A stretch of 52,181 nt of DNA, filler included, from Sphacelaria rigidula (lineage: Eukaryota): assembly GCA_964200075.2 (NCBI GenBank). It is 3 parts of 3 records of this genome, joined end to end, with 100 filler letters (N's around TTAATTAATTAA, not from the genome) between each part and the next. Parts side by side here need not be neighbours in the genome. Positions count along the whole stretch, not along the records: positions 1 to 17,332 come from CAXNAA020001108.1; 2 more parts are not named here. The stretch is one strand, 5' to 3'. Shown here piece by piece: positions 1 to 12,600 of the stretch; within the stretch, counting starts at the first letter, position 1, and each line of letters starts with the position of its first letter. The notes under the pieces were generated by a model. That model saw only the letters and a list, made by a program, of their open reading frames with translations. It searched no databases and was not told where the DNA came from. Both the position numbers and the translations under genes were made by a program.

Positions 1-188
1 ACGGCATCCATGTTATCAACCATCTGAGAAAACGAGCAGCGTGGACGAATCACACACGAGCGAATTCGATTCCACCGCACGTTTCCGAGTCGAAAACAAT
101 TTGATAAGACACGGCCTCAGATCGTCGTTGTAAGCAACAACGGTTGTTCGAACGGGCTTGTTATTATATATATTTCCTCTGCCCCATC

Positions 189-756
189 AGTAAAGTCCGT
201 TATGGGGGGTAGGCCGTACCTCGCCAACGGAGGTGCTCACGGTATTTGGGTTAGGTTTATTGAAAATACATAGTTGTGGAGATGGCTACTGGAAAAGTCG
301 AAAGTAAAGGAATCGACCTGCAACCTCAGAATCGTTCGGTCAAACATGGCCAAATTTCGACCAAATTCCGTCCAATCTGTACATTTCCGGCCGAATTTCG
401 ACGAATTTGGCTTGTTTCGAGGTAAGTGAAGGCTGCAATGTAAACGAGTGGTTCCGGACTAGCCGTAGCTATCGTACGCCAGCAATGAACCGGAGGAAAA
501 GAGCCAGTCATGCTTTTTTTCGCGATTTTTACCGTTCTCCGGGTTTCCAGGATCCTTCTCTGTGTTTTGGTGAAGGGGCAAAATATGGCCATTTTTGGGG
601 TGAGTGATCGTTTATCGCCCGTTCGGGCACGCTGGCTGCTGGATGAAAAGAAGACAAGAAACGCAGTTAACCTAAAAACCCTAGAGATATAATGAAAAAT
701 ATCGTCTGCGGCAGTGGACACGGTCAGAGGTCCGTGTTATCACAACGGACTTTACT
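189..756. mobile_element. Non-autonomous TIR element (MITE-like), ~570 bp
   Basis: Perfect 13-bp inverted termini agtaaagtccgtt (189-201) / aacggactttact (744-756), no credible coding capacity, no clear TSD. Confidence 0.5.
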
Positions 757-2339
757 TGAGGACAGGGGAAGTATTCATGTGTAACGCTTCATGGTGCTGC
801 TCGACCCCGTTCATAACCAAATACAAGCGCACTGCGAGTGTGGCAGATCGTCTGACATACCCATGAGCCTCTTTTTTCGTGCCATTACATGGGAGGACCT
901 CAAGTCTACACACTGGGGATTATGGTGCTACGTGGTGTTGAAATAATAAGACACCCATGAGGCAGTGTAAAAGCCATGGATGTCTCTGGAAGTGGTGGTA
1001 CCGGATAAGAAAGCTCATCATTGTTGGCTTGTCATCCAAACGCAAGATAATTGGTGGGCTCCGGGCCGAACAATCTTAGCCGGATGAAGCTCACCCTTCA
1101 TGCGACTCGCCGAACACATCACGGCGCTTTGCCCTTGGTTGAGTGCGAGCTTGGCCCGGCTTTCCTTGTAGAATGCGAGGTCAATGGTCTGATGGATGTA
1201 TGCATGATCATGAGTAGACCCCGATACTGCCAATTAGCGTAGTCGAGGGAGTCAAGCTCGAGTTTCTCGGAATTGTGTAATTCGTAAATCGTAATTTTGG
1301 TTCAGATTTTCGCCGTAACTCTTCCATTTTTCTTCGAGAAAAGCATTAGCAAATGGAAAAGTCATGCCGGAGATAAAGTTTTTCGTTATTTGTTCGCGTT
1401 CATCAACTTTTGCTTTTAGCTATTGCTTTCGGCGCCGAAATCGAAACCGGAGGTCTGAATTGCAATACCTGCATGAATTAAACAGCAAGACATATGGGTA
1501 CATTGAGTTCCCCAACATCACGTAGCACTGAATCACACGGGACACTGATCTCATTTTAGATGAGGCACCAGGATCGTCTAAATTGACCGCATGGCGCGGC
1601 GACTCATACCAACTCAAAAGACATGCTACAATCATGTTGAGACTGGTCACCCGGGGAACTCCACATCCGAGTATAAACGCGCTGTTCAACACCCTCTCAC
1701 CCGAAGAACCCCCTGGGTGCTGTCATGAAGTTAAATTGGCACCCTTCCAACAAAATCATTGCATGCAAGACTCCTGGTATCGATCGGCGAATAGTTCGGC
1801 CTTCGAGGGTCAACCCACGCATTTCGTCTCGCGACTCCGGCAAAAACTTGTATTAGAAGAAAAAAAAAAAACACCAACAGCAGCGATTCGTGATATCCAA
1901 AGTAGCCAAGCATGTTTCGTGCGGACTGATACGACTGCTTTCTCGAACCCAAGGCAGCGAGCTTGTATCTCGCAACGCTGTACAGCAAAATGAATAATTT
2001 CTCGTAGTTCCACTCGATTTGACGGTATCCTTCACCCAAAACCACTCCGCAGCCCGTTCACGTTTGCGATAATTTGGTCTCTTACAGCACCGCGTGATGG
2101 CTCCTCATTGCTGGGATCAACTTGCACCTCATATAACTTGGCATGTCAAAAGCCGATTACCTCACTCAACCCCCAACCTTGTATTTCCCTCGAAAAAACG
2201 TCTCCGCGAATTATACACTGTTCCGCCTATTAACGCACATCTCCCGCTACATATGGTACTTGACCTCAAACGAAAACAAGCACACGTCAAGCCCCCACCG
2301 GCAACTGCACATCATCCAACGCGGTCTCGAAACGAGAGC

Positions 2340-2560
2340 CGGGGGGGGGGGGGGGGGAAAAACCGACAAAACCCCACAAAAACCCACCACAAACCCTTCT
2401 TTAGCGACACCCGCATACCCCCCCTNNNNNNNNNNTGACCCCCACCCCAAAAAAAAAACACCCCCCCCCCACCCCCCCCCCGCCACCCCCACACCCCCCA
2501 CGCGGGCCCAAAAAGGGGGGGGGGGGGGGGGGGGGGGGGATAAACGGACTACACACCCGA
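2340..2560. other. Low-quality poly-G/poly-C sequence around a 10-N gap (2426-2435)
   Basis: Homopolymer G/C/A runs flank the Ns; the same pattern occurs at 4895-5010 (gap 4926-4935). Likely a sequencing artefact. Confidence 0.7.
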
Positions 2561-3674
2561 AGACACACTCGCCAAACCTGCTTTAGCAACTACCCGTGAT
2601 CCCGCTCGGTCTCGAATGAGGAGGGGGGAGTCCGACCATTCAATCCACCAGAAGTTATGAAAGAACCCGGGTTTGCTCGGCTACTCATAATACAATTACT
2701 GTTCGTGCTCGTTTCTTTATGGAATCGGGAAGGCGACCGACTGGTTGAAAAAATGCACCGAATCTAGGACTCGATGTTAGTCTTCAATCGGCTGCCTCGC
2801 CTTGAAAAGTACGCAGCTGCACGAGACTACAGAGAGGGCAACGCACGCGGATGAAACACGGTTGTTTCTCTTCCCTTCCTGTCTGTGGTGTATCCCCAAC
2901 CGCATGTGGGAGATCTACACGGAGCAACGCTTCCGCCATGACTGTTGACTCGAGTGCAAGCTCAAGTGGTGAACCACACAGGTGAAGAGTGTCTGCTCGC
3001 AGGTTCTCGCGAATGCAAGCCGTACAAATCGAGACACGAAGAGGTCGGTCACGGCCGATGAGGGGAGCTAGATACTGTGCCTCCTCGACACGTCTACAAG
3101 CGCACCAAACGGAGGAGGATAAATCCTTGTACGGAGACACGAATAACAAACCTACAGGCACAGAAAAAAAGACGTCAAAATCGCACATGACCGGGCAGCG
3201 GGACATCCAGTAATACAACAGCACCTTCAACCCAAGACAAGAGATATCAAAACACGCCAAGACACATCCACAGCACACACTTTGTAACCACACGGCTCGG
3301 GCAGAGGCGGTTTTACGCGTGCACAAAATGACGACGCAGGAAGCACGTACCCACCCCACAGCACATAAAACATCACTCTGTGCCTGGTGAAGAAAAAGAG
3401 GATACGCAACACCTTCAGGGTACACTGACATTCCACACATGACACCCGCCACCCGTTCGATACAGAGTAGGTCCCAACCGCAGTCCAACAACTCCCAACA
3501 AAAACAAACGTGTACTGCTAGTAGACCCAGTTTCCTCTCCGTGAAAAATGTCTCACCACGACAAAACCTCTCACGTCGGACCACCGTTGAAGAAAAAAAA
3601 GTTCCTCACATGACATAACTGGCAAAATCATGGGCCTCCAGAAGAGCGGGGAAGAAAAAACGGATCCAATTTCA

Positions 3675-6600
3675 TTACGCGTACCATAACACTACTTCCG
3701 GATTCGGTTTGCTCGTCCGAGCGTCTCCCAGGTCGAAGCCGTCTGCCGTGCAGTGAGGCCACTCGAAGGTGTCATAGATGTACGTCATGCTGTTGATGCG
3801 GGGGTCGAGCAGCTTGACCAAGTCACGATTGGGGATGGAGTTTCCCCCTTCTTCGCTGTGGCGGATTTGTGTCATCACCTGAGATTCGTGGGAACAAGAT
3901 AAGATGAAAAAAACGAAGGAAATGACAGTGTCATGATACAACTCGGATTCGGAGAAAAAGCCAGGATTGAACGCTTCTCACCCAGCCAGCAGAATACGTT
4001 TGTCGAAAAGAGTAGTGCATGCATCATATACCAAGATTTCATGCTGACCGCAGTACCCTCTTCAACAAGGGTAACCTTTCCTCCGGGGTAGGCACTATCA
4101 CGAGATGGGAAGACAAAAATTCACAACCGACAAAAATATTAGGTGATCCAACACGAAACAAACACCAGACGGCAGATGACTTTTCAGAAAGTGTATTGCG
4201 CACAGTATCGACAACTGCTCAGAACGCAATAGATGGGTGCACTGCCCACAGTACCCTGTGAACGTTGTATGAGCCATTATTCATTGTGCGCAACAAACAA
4301 GGGCCTAGGAAGACGTGGTCAGTCCTCCCGTCAATAAGTACCCGCACAGCTTTCAAACTGTACAATCCTGCTTCAAAAACCCTTCCCCATGAATTCATCT
4401 CCTTCCACTCGAAAGCATCTCCGACGGCGTTTATTCATCACGCGTTTACAGCTTCCGTCCCTTGCTTCCGCGGCTCCGGCCAGTCTCGACGAGACACGAC
4501 GCACCGACACAACACCAACACCCAACACACATGCTGGAGCGCAACACCGACAAAAGACGAAAATGAACCTGTACAACAAGAGGCGGCAACTGTTATAACG
4601 CAGTTAGGTTACGCGGGGCACCTTGAAGGTACTCCCGTCATCCGTCAGGCTGTACGGGAACACGTCCGACCCCCTGTGGCCTTCGCAATCTTCGTCCCAC
4701 AAACTCAGCCTCCATGAGTCGAAGGTTCCATTGGTAGTTTCGAATTTGATGTCCGTGTCCGGCCACGTGAGATCCGTCAAAGTCCCCGTAAGACGCTTGT
4801 ACATCCACAGTCGCTCCATGGTGGGGTGCGTGGGCCAGAAGGAGGGATCCAAGCTCGAGCTCGACTGTTCGCGTGTGTACAAGGTCGGACAGAGAAAAAA
4901 AAAAGGGGGGGGGGGGGGGGGGGGGNNNNNNNNNNGGTGTGGGGGGTCTGGGTGGGGGAGAGAGAGAGGGGGGGAGAAAAGAAGGGGGGGGGGGGGGGGG
5001 GAGGGGGAGACGAGCGGGAGAGGCGGTCGCAGTTCATAAATACTCTCTTCGTAATGATCAAAAGGGTAGAGGGGAACCGTCTGCGGGAAATGTGGAGACT
5101 GGGCTACAGTACCAACGCGTGGCCAGTGGTCATGACGTGAGGCACAGAAACGTATGCGCTTCAAGTGTTGACTGCAGGCAAAAACCTAGACGTTTGACGC
5201 GGAGCCCAACCATCATGGAAATCAAGGAAGTGAAAGCTAGGCAAGTACAGCGTTGTCTTGAGCGAGGATTCATGGTGACGATGGGGGTTCATATCTCCAA
5301 GGAAGTCACCCTTCAGGATTTGTTCCCTGCATCATGCCATACGCTCCGGGATTTATTTCCGTACACCATGCATGCCCATGCCCAACAGTGGATGGCAACC
5401 ATGCTCCTGGGTACACAAGATTCTACTGCGCGGGTCAACGAAGAAGAGGAACCGCTGAACGTTCACTGCGGTTAAAAATGAGGCAAGCACCGCAGAAAGA
5501 AGGCGAAGTACTGAAAGAAATCTACCCAAAAAAAGAGTAGTGTGTTCACCTTCCTCGCGTGTTGACCCCGAGGCCGATGCGTCCACATCTACCGATAAGT
5601 ATAGGCTGGCATCCGAAACACGTGGGATGACAGACGTCAACACGTCTTCATCAGCAGCGATGAATTGCTGATCCAAGATCTGATCTAGTACCATAGTTCA
5701 CCTGCAAGTGGTCACCCTCCGACAGCGGCCTGGTGCAAATACTCTTCGCCACCTTCCTCTGAATTTCTGGATCGAAGCCGGGCAATGCTCCCGGTTTACC
5801 CAGCTCCTCCTGCAACAATCCCAGCAGGTTCAGGATCACCTGATAGTCGTCCCCCTCCTCGAGATCGTAGTCAAGGCAACCACACTTGCCAGCATCAAAC
5901 AACTGCGCGCACGGCACGGTAACGATAGGCGAGAAAACGCGCGCGTGTGCGGGGGGGGATGCTTTTGTCAGGACTAGGGGAACCGTTTCGGCCAGGACTT
6001 CTCACGAATCAAGACGCGAAACATACAAATTTGAGCCTTCCATTACAGTCCAACACGGATAAACTATCGTAATTGAAGGGGACTACGCTATCCACGAAAT
6101 CCACCGTCTCACGATGATAATTTGACCTTGACTGACGTTTGAATGACCATACTGGTGGAACGAATCTCTCCGACTACCGCAGTATTCCGTCAACGACAGA
6201 AAATTGTAAGAAAAAAACAGGAAGTCCATCCAGTCATCCATCGTCGACGACCGGGGTTAAGCAGGTTTCGGGCAGAAAGATCACGAGCGAGACTCCGAGC
6301 CTGTATGCTCTTGGGACACGCGAATCGGCGAGCCGGCAGATCGATACACAAACCATCGTGAAGACGACCCTTCTTGGTCTGAATCCGGTACGGCCAAATC
6401 TCGGTCGCTTGAGTCATTGGAATAAAACGTGCTCAACTACGATTCGAGTCTTGGTAAGGAAACAACCTGGAGAAGATGGGGAGACAAGTATCCATTCAAC
6501 ATAACAGCACACTCGGCTCACCACGAATGAAGACGACAGATTCGGCGTGTACAAACTGTGTCTACACTTCATCTGCACACATACCTCCTTGGCCGTGAAG

Positions 6601-9600
6601 GCGGGGTCCTGCGGCTCCTCGCACTTGAAGATCCCGTATCGGTACAGGTATTTCCTGTGGATGAAGGAGTAGTAGGCCAACTCCTGAGCCAATTCAGGAC
6701 CCACCAATTCGACGAAATCATTGTGCATGTCCTCGCAGTCCAGAACACCGCCCGTCCACGCGTGCACGCCTCCGTGAGGGTGCTGCATACTAGCCCACAC
6801 CCAGGTGTACAGGGAGTTGTTCTCGGTGGACAACTGGTAGTGAGACTCACAGGTAGGCCAGGGGTGCTTTCCTTCGACGCGCACTCCGCAGATGTTCCCC
6901 ATACCGCGTGTAAGGTATCTGTGGGCAACGTTCAAGGGACATTCAGTGAACGGTGTCGGAGGGAGAGAGGTAATGGTGCACTCAGCGGGATGTCAATTTG
7001 ACAGGATCGCGGTGTAGTGCGCGGGAGGACACCCTGGTTAAGCGACCACATCGTAGTTCAAACATACCAGGGTCGAATTTTTTCACTCTGGACAAAATGT
7101 GGTCAATATATGCAATAGACAAAGAGTGTACTGCATAAAGAATGGGCTTGTTGCAACCATAAACGGCCGACAGTAGTCGCAATCGGCCTTCACTTCATGC
7201 AGTAGGTTGTCTATTGCAACTACTGACCATATTTCGTCCAGGGTGTGATTTCTTCCAGAAGCAACCGGGCCACTCCCGGTAGGGACCACCCCCCCTCCCG
7301 ACCCTAATCCCGACACCAACCTCGACCGTAGAGATGTTGAAATTTCGACGCGGTCGCTTAAGCAGACTGTTCTCCCACGTATTACAGGGGTGTCCACGCT
7401 TTTGAACTAGCGTGTCCCTATTTCCAGATACAACGAAATCCGCTGACAAAAACCATTACGCCGGGTAACACAATCTCTGCTGGGGTGGGCACGAGGGGAA
7501 GGACAAACGAAAAGACTGCCCACATGCCCAGGAACAACGCCATTCGTGCTTCACGTCGGGGATGTCGAAAAAACATTGTTGAAACACTAGACACGAAACT
7601 TCACGTAATATACGACAAAAACAACGAGTGTATCAGCCACGAACCGTTTCAACAACAGATGGGACTACAAGTGATCTGAAAGCGCACGTCTCGTCAGAAC
7701 AACACCGGACGATGAAGGCATCAATGCCGTAATCTGTTTTCACCCTTCGCTCGTCCATCCGTGTCAACTTGATTCTTCTGTACGCCTTGATCCATATAGT
7801 TTAAAACGATCGAAATATCATGACAATACTAGTGGACCCGGAATATCCGCAGATGGGCAACCAGGCACCCCCTCCTGCACTCATGTGACGTTGACGCATA
7901 CACATGTCAACCTCTCGGCCGCCATTGCGGGCTTCACGTTGAAACGACTCGACTTGTCTAGCGGAAATGGGCACACACGACCCACCATGATTGGCGGTCC
8001 ACCTATACCAAGGATGGACCGGTGATTTCGTTCCGACAAGAAACCTGGCGCCGGAGGTATTACCGTCCGTTGCCAGCGTCATGTTTCACAGATGACTCAT
8101 CACGTCCGTGGATAACGACTCCCCCGACAGCCTCTTTCTGGTTGTTTCTAGTACCGTACCATGACCTGAAATTATTCTCATGATCGTGACCACCCCTTGT
8201 CTCAATAAACCGTTTGTTATCGACGTCGACAACTCACGGTCGGTTGTTGACGTTCCAGGGCGAACGAAGCGTGCCGTACACGTCCGCTTCCAGGTTTCCG
8301 GGGTTGTTGACCTCCACGCGAGGGACCTCGGTGAATCCCCACCGTCCATCCTTGACCTAAAGAAACGAGATGCGGAAACACACAAAAAAAGAGTCGAGTC
8401 AATAAAATGATGCAACAGAGGGGAAGCACGTGGTACCGTAAACTCCAGCATGCTGCGCGGCAGTCCGTGTAGACACACCCAACAACGCTAGCTTGCGGCA
8501 ACGAACGAGAAGGGAAGTAACCTAGGGAAAAACATCCGTTCAAACGGTCGAGGAAAGGAGTTTCAAGCGGGGTGATTCGTCTGTTGTCTCTTGTGTTTTC
8601 ATCTTTACTTCGTTTTTCGGGGCGTCTACATTCACGTTAGTGGGGGGAGGTGAGGGGGGGGGGGCAGATCGGCCTTCTTCTCGCGACTTTTCGCGTTTCC
8701 GTTTTTGTTTTTATTTGGAGGAATTATTTGGGTTTTCGATTATTTTCACAAGAAACGATAAGAGCTCCATCTCATTGCAAGGAATAGCTGTGACGGCAGG
8801 GACGGCACTGGAAAAACAAGCCCACCTCTGTGACCTCGGAGGTGTGGGGTAAGTGCACGGAAAAAAAAACTTCATCCATGAACCGAAGTACCGGACAACT
8901 GACACCGGAACTCGCCGAACGGGCAAATCGACGCCGGGTGCAAAACAGATCACAAAAGCGATCATCGGCGATTGTCGACCACTCCAACCCCCTAATATCC
9001 TAGTGGAAAAGATCTGATATTTGGTGGCGGGAAGAATCTGGAAAGCACGCCCCCATGAAGGGGTTGCATTACCAGAACTTTCTTCGCCTACGAATTTCTA
9101 CACTACGCTACGAACAGACTGACATGCCGACTATCCAAAGGGAAAAAATCCTCGAGCATTACAACCGTGGAAAAATTCTGCAACAATACAGTCCTACATT
9201 TTTCCGTCGGAGGAATATCCAGCCAGCCTTCATCGGTCTGTTGCTGGAACCGAACAAGAAATCCGCCACCATATTTTCCGGCAGGGAGTTTTTTTCTCTT
9301 TACAGAGTCGAGGAGTTCTTGACCAAAGCAGCCCCGGTCAATAATACTGTACTCGTAATGAAGATCGAAAGAAGAGCGTGGCGAAAAAGTATCTGCGGTG
9401 AAAGACTCCAAAGTTGGACTCGGCAGGGTTCGGGCATGTTATGGAAGAGGTATCGGTACGAGGGTAAAAGTCTTGCGAAAATGACAAAACAGTCGGGTAC
9501 CGGTTTGAAGTACCGGTTTCAAAGTCTTTCAGAAGTCACCGAACTTGTCGGGTGCGGTACGAGAGGCTTGCAGAAAACCGTACCGGCATTCGGGTAATTA

Positions 9601-12600
9601 TTTTCAAGGGCATACCTCTGCTTCGGGTACGGGCATAAATCATGTGAAGAGCTCACGGGGCTGCCGGGTAAGGGTATGCGAGGCGAACAAAACAGAAACT
9701 GTCGTGTAGGGAATACCACGTGAGAGAACCGCGTGCTGAGGGAACCGCATCGTAGTCCGAAAAACCTCAGTATCAACGTTTTCAAAAACCAATCGGGCGG
9801 ATCCCTACAAGGACCACGCCCTTTGCCCTACCATAAGGAAGTTCAAATTCCGATGCGGTCCTCTCGCGCATTATATGGGGTATGGCGGCTCCACAGGAGA
9901 ACGTTCCCGCAGCCGGGTATCTAATCAAGAGTAAACCCGTGCCCCGGGTAACGGTACGGGAGGCTTACAGATCTCACAGAACTATCGGGTACGGGTATGA
10001 AAGTCTTTCAGAGAGTACAGTACGGAGACTACCCGGGAAAACACCCCGGATATACAGAAACCCCCACCCTACACAGAAACAACCCTCATCCATGCACATC
10101 TCACCATGTTGTCAACCGGGTCGACATTCCCGAAGTATTTCGATGTCAACATCTCGGAATACGTTTGGGGTTCGTACTCGCCGTAGTGCCCGCCCGCGCT
10201 CGACGATTCAATCGTGAAGTCCCAGTACGGCAAGGTCAGTTTGGGGTTCACGGCCTGCAGGCTGGCTTCGAAGGTGTTGGAGAGCATGGAGTGGGCGATC
10301 AGGAAGCCCAATCCCGCGTGGAACTGTCGATACGAGAGCAGCAAAAAGGGATGGGAAACAACGCGAGGTTAGTTTTCTCGGGGCCCGTGTTATCGAATCC
10401 AAAAATGTGGGAACGCGACATCAGTGTAGTGTGATCGTGGCGGTTGGGGGGTTTTGGTTATTTTTTTTCTCGTGATTCCGGTTCCTGCATTTTAACTCCA
10501 CCCAAAATCACTCTCACGAAAATTAGTCTATTGGGAATTGATTCTCGTGAGAGCGGATGAACATTTACGTGAGGACTGTGATTGCAGTGACTTGCATTGT
10601 TGGGCTCTTCGGGTGGCGCGCACCCACAGTTGGCTTCCCGTCACAAGCAGGAGCCAAGGAGAGAGACTCGGGGTACATACAGTAGTCCCCACAACTTCGC
10701 CGAGTAAGCCAACATGGACCCATGGGCGGGTAACACGGACCAGCGCTGTCCAGCACGGTGGCCATCTCTGGCAAGGTGCGTGTGGGTGTACGTCGCTGTG
10801 TTTAGATGCATCCCCTGCCGTACACATTTACTTGCGGAATGCTGCTGCTGCTTTTTATGCGGGAGTAGGTCCGCGTTTCGACGTACGACAATACTCCTGC
10901 ACCTGGCGCGTTATGATCTCCTCCGTACTTGAAGTCGACCATGATCTGTTCGCGTGTTGTTCCGTCACCACCAGAGCATATTCAGTACTCATGACTTGCC
11001 TTCCCCCAATTTTGGGCGCTGACTTTATTCCCGTCACCAGCAGTAGCCAAGTGAGGAAGCACAAGCCCATCAGCGGGTAGTACAAACTAGAGCGCTTTTC
11101 GGCACGGCTGCCGTCACGATCGTGGCTGGTTACGATGCGGACATGACGGACATCCAGGTACCAGTTGGTAACACCAAGTACCAGGTGGCAACACTTGTTT
11201 TGTAGTAAACTACTCTTTTCTAACGTTCACCTCACTATTATGCCCTACTGCAAGACGGTACACGTACTGGCCGTACTTCGGCAACACATTGCGGAATGCA
11301 TTCATTTATGGGCCGGTCGGCAGGCAGGCTGGCATCTCGCGGCGATGTTGTCAGCACTGTATGCGGTTTCATACCGTCCTGACTACCGTTTGAGGGCATT
11401 TCAAAGATAATAAATGCGCATCCAGAGGATATCGCACCCTCTCAAGGGACGAAAGTCCAAAAATGAGACGGAAAGAAACGGTAGAATGAGCCCCCTCCAA
11501 GAGGATCCCTTGTACCCCTCCCATGATCGCGTTCGATGTCTGAATATCTTGGAATGAGAGCAATTTTTTGGTACGAAGTGGGTGTTTCCACGGAGAGAAA
11601 CTCGACGGGGGGCTGATGCCTCACTGCAACACTGCACAAGTACTGCATTGCTCTCCATGTTCCTACATGGTTGTACCAAATGCTTCAAGGGTCTGGCATG
11701 ACGAACTAGGTTTTTCTGACATTACAGACTTTTCTACTTTCAAAACAGTGGGAGGTCCTGGCTGTTGGTTGTAACAGTACAGTCACGCGAGCCTGGGGTG
11801 TTTCCCCTAGGACGACCTTGCCCAAGGCTCGGTGAAGGCGACCAGGGTTGACCCCCACGCCGCGAGGGCAGTCTGTCTGAGTCATGAAACACTTTTTTCA
11901 AGGTCAATTGATGCCGATTCAAAATATACCCACCTCTCGCGGTCAAAGTGTTGGACTACGATTAGACTCACAAGAACAGGCAAACGGCACCTCATACAGG
12001 TACACCTGTTGGAAGAATCATTGACAGGACTCGGAAGACGGAGGTACATCAAGCGGGACATGGCAAGCCACCCCGCACCTGTTGCCTCCGCTCACACACC
12101 TACTGGCCTACTGAGCTTGTTGCTGAGGACAGGACACACGAGATGCATATGGTACGCATGACTCAAGGACATGGAATAATCCTGTGGAGGGTCATCATTT
12201 TCGGAACAAATTTCTTCCTTTTTCTCTCCTACGAGCTGTCGCCCGACATCGCAGTGTAAAAAATTCAACCCACGATGGTAAAACCGGCGTTTTGTACCAT
12301 GTTGGGACCGTACTGTCACCATAACAGCTTGAGCATTATCCGGCTCTTGAGAAACACAAGAGGAACTCACGTGATCACAACTGCTGGCACCGCCGGCCTT
12401 GAAGTGGAGGCGGTTGATCGCCCAAATGTCTTGGTAGTCCTCTCCGTACAGTTCCTTGCCATTCCCGCCCTTGACTTGATCGGTCCATAAGATTTTCATC
12501 TGTGATCCCAAGGCATCGGTCAGGAAAGAGGGGAAGGGGGGGCTGGGTTGACTGGCGAAGAATGTCTCTCCGACTCAAGGGGGGGTGGTGACGAAGGCGG

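Noticed and set aside
2143..2589. Pro/Gly-rich ORFs (also 4623-5140)
   Set aside because: They arise from poly-G/C low-quality sequence around N gaps; only 4864-4622 (minus) is a real exon.
2784..3584. 266-aa minus-strand ORF downstream of the tyrosinase stop
   Set aside because: Non-ATG start, Cys/Val-rich composition from CA-rich DNA and no motif; probably 3' UTR or intergenic.
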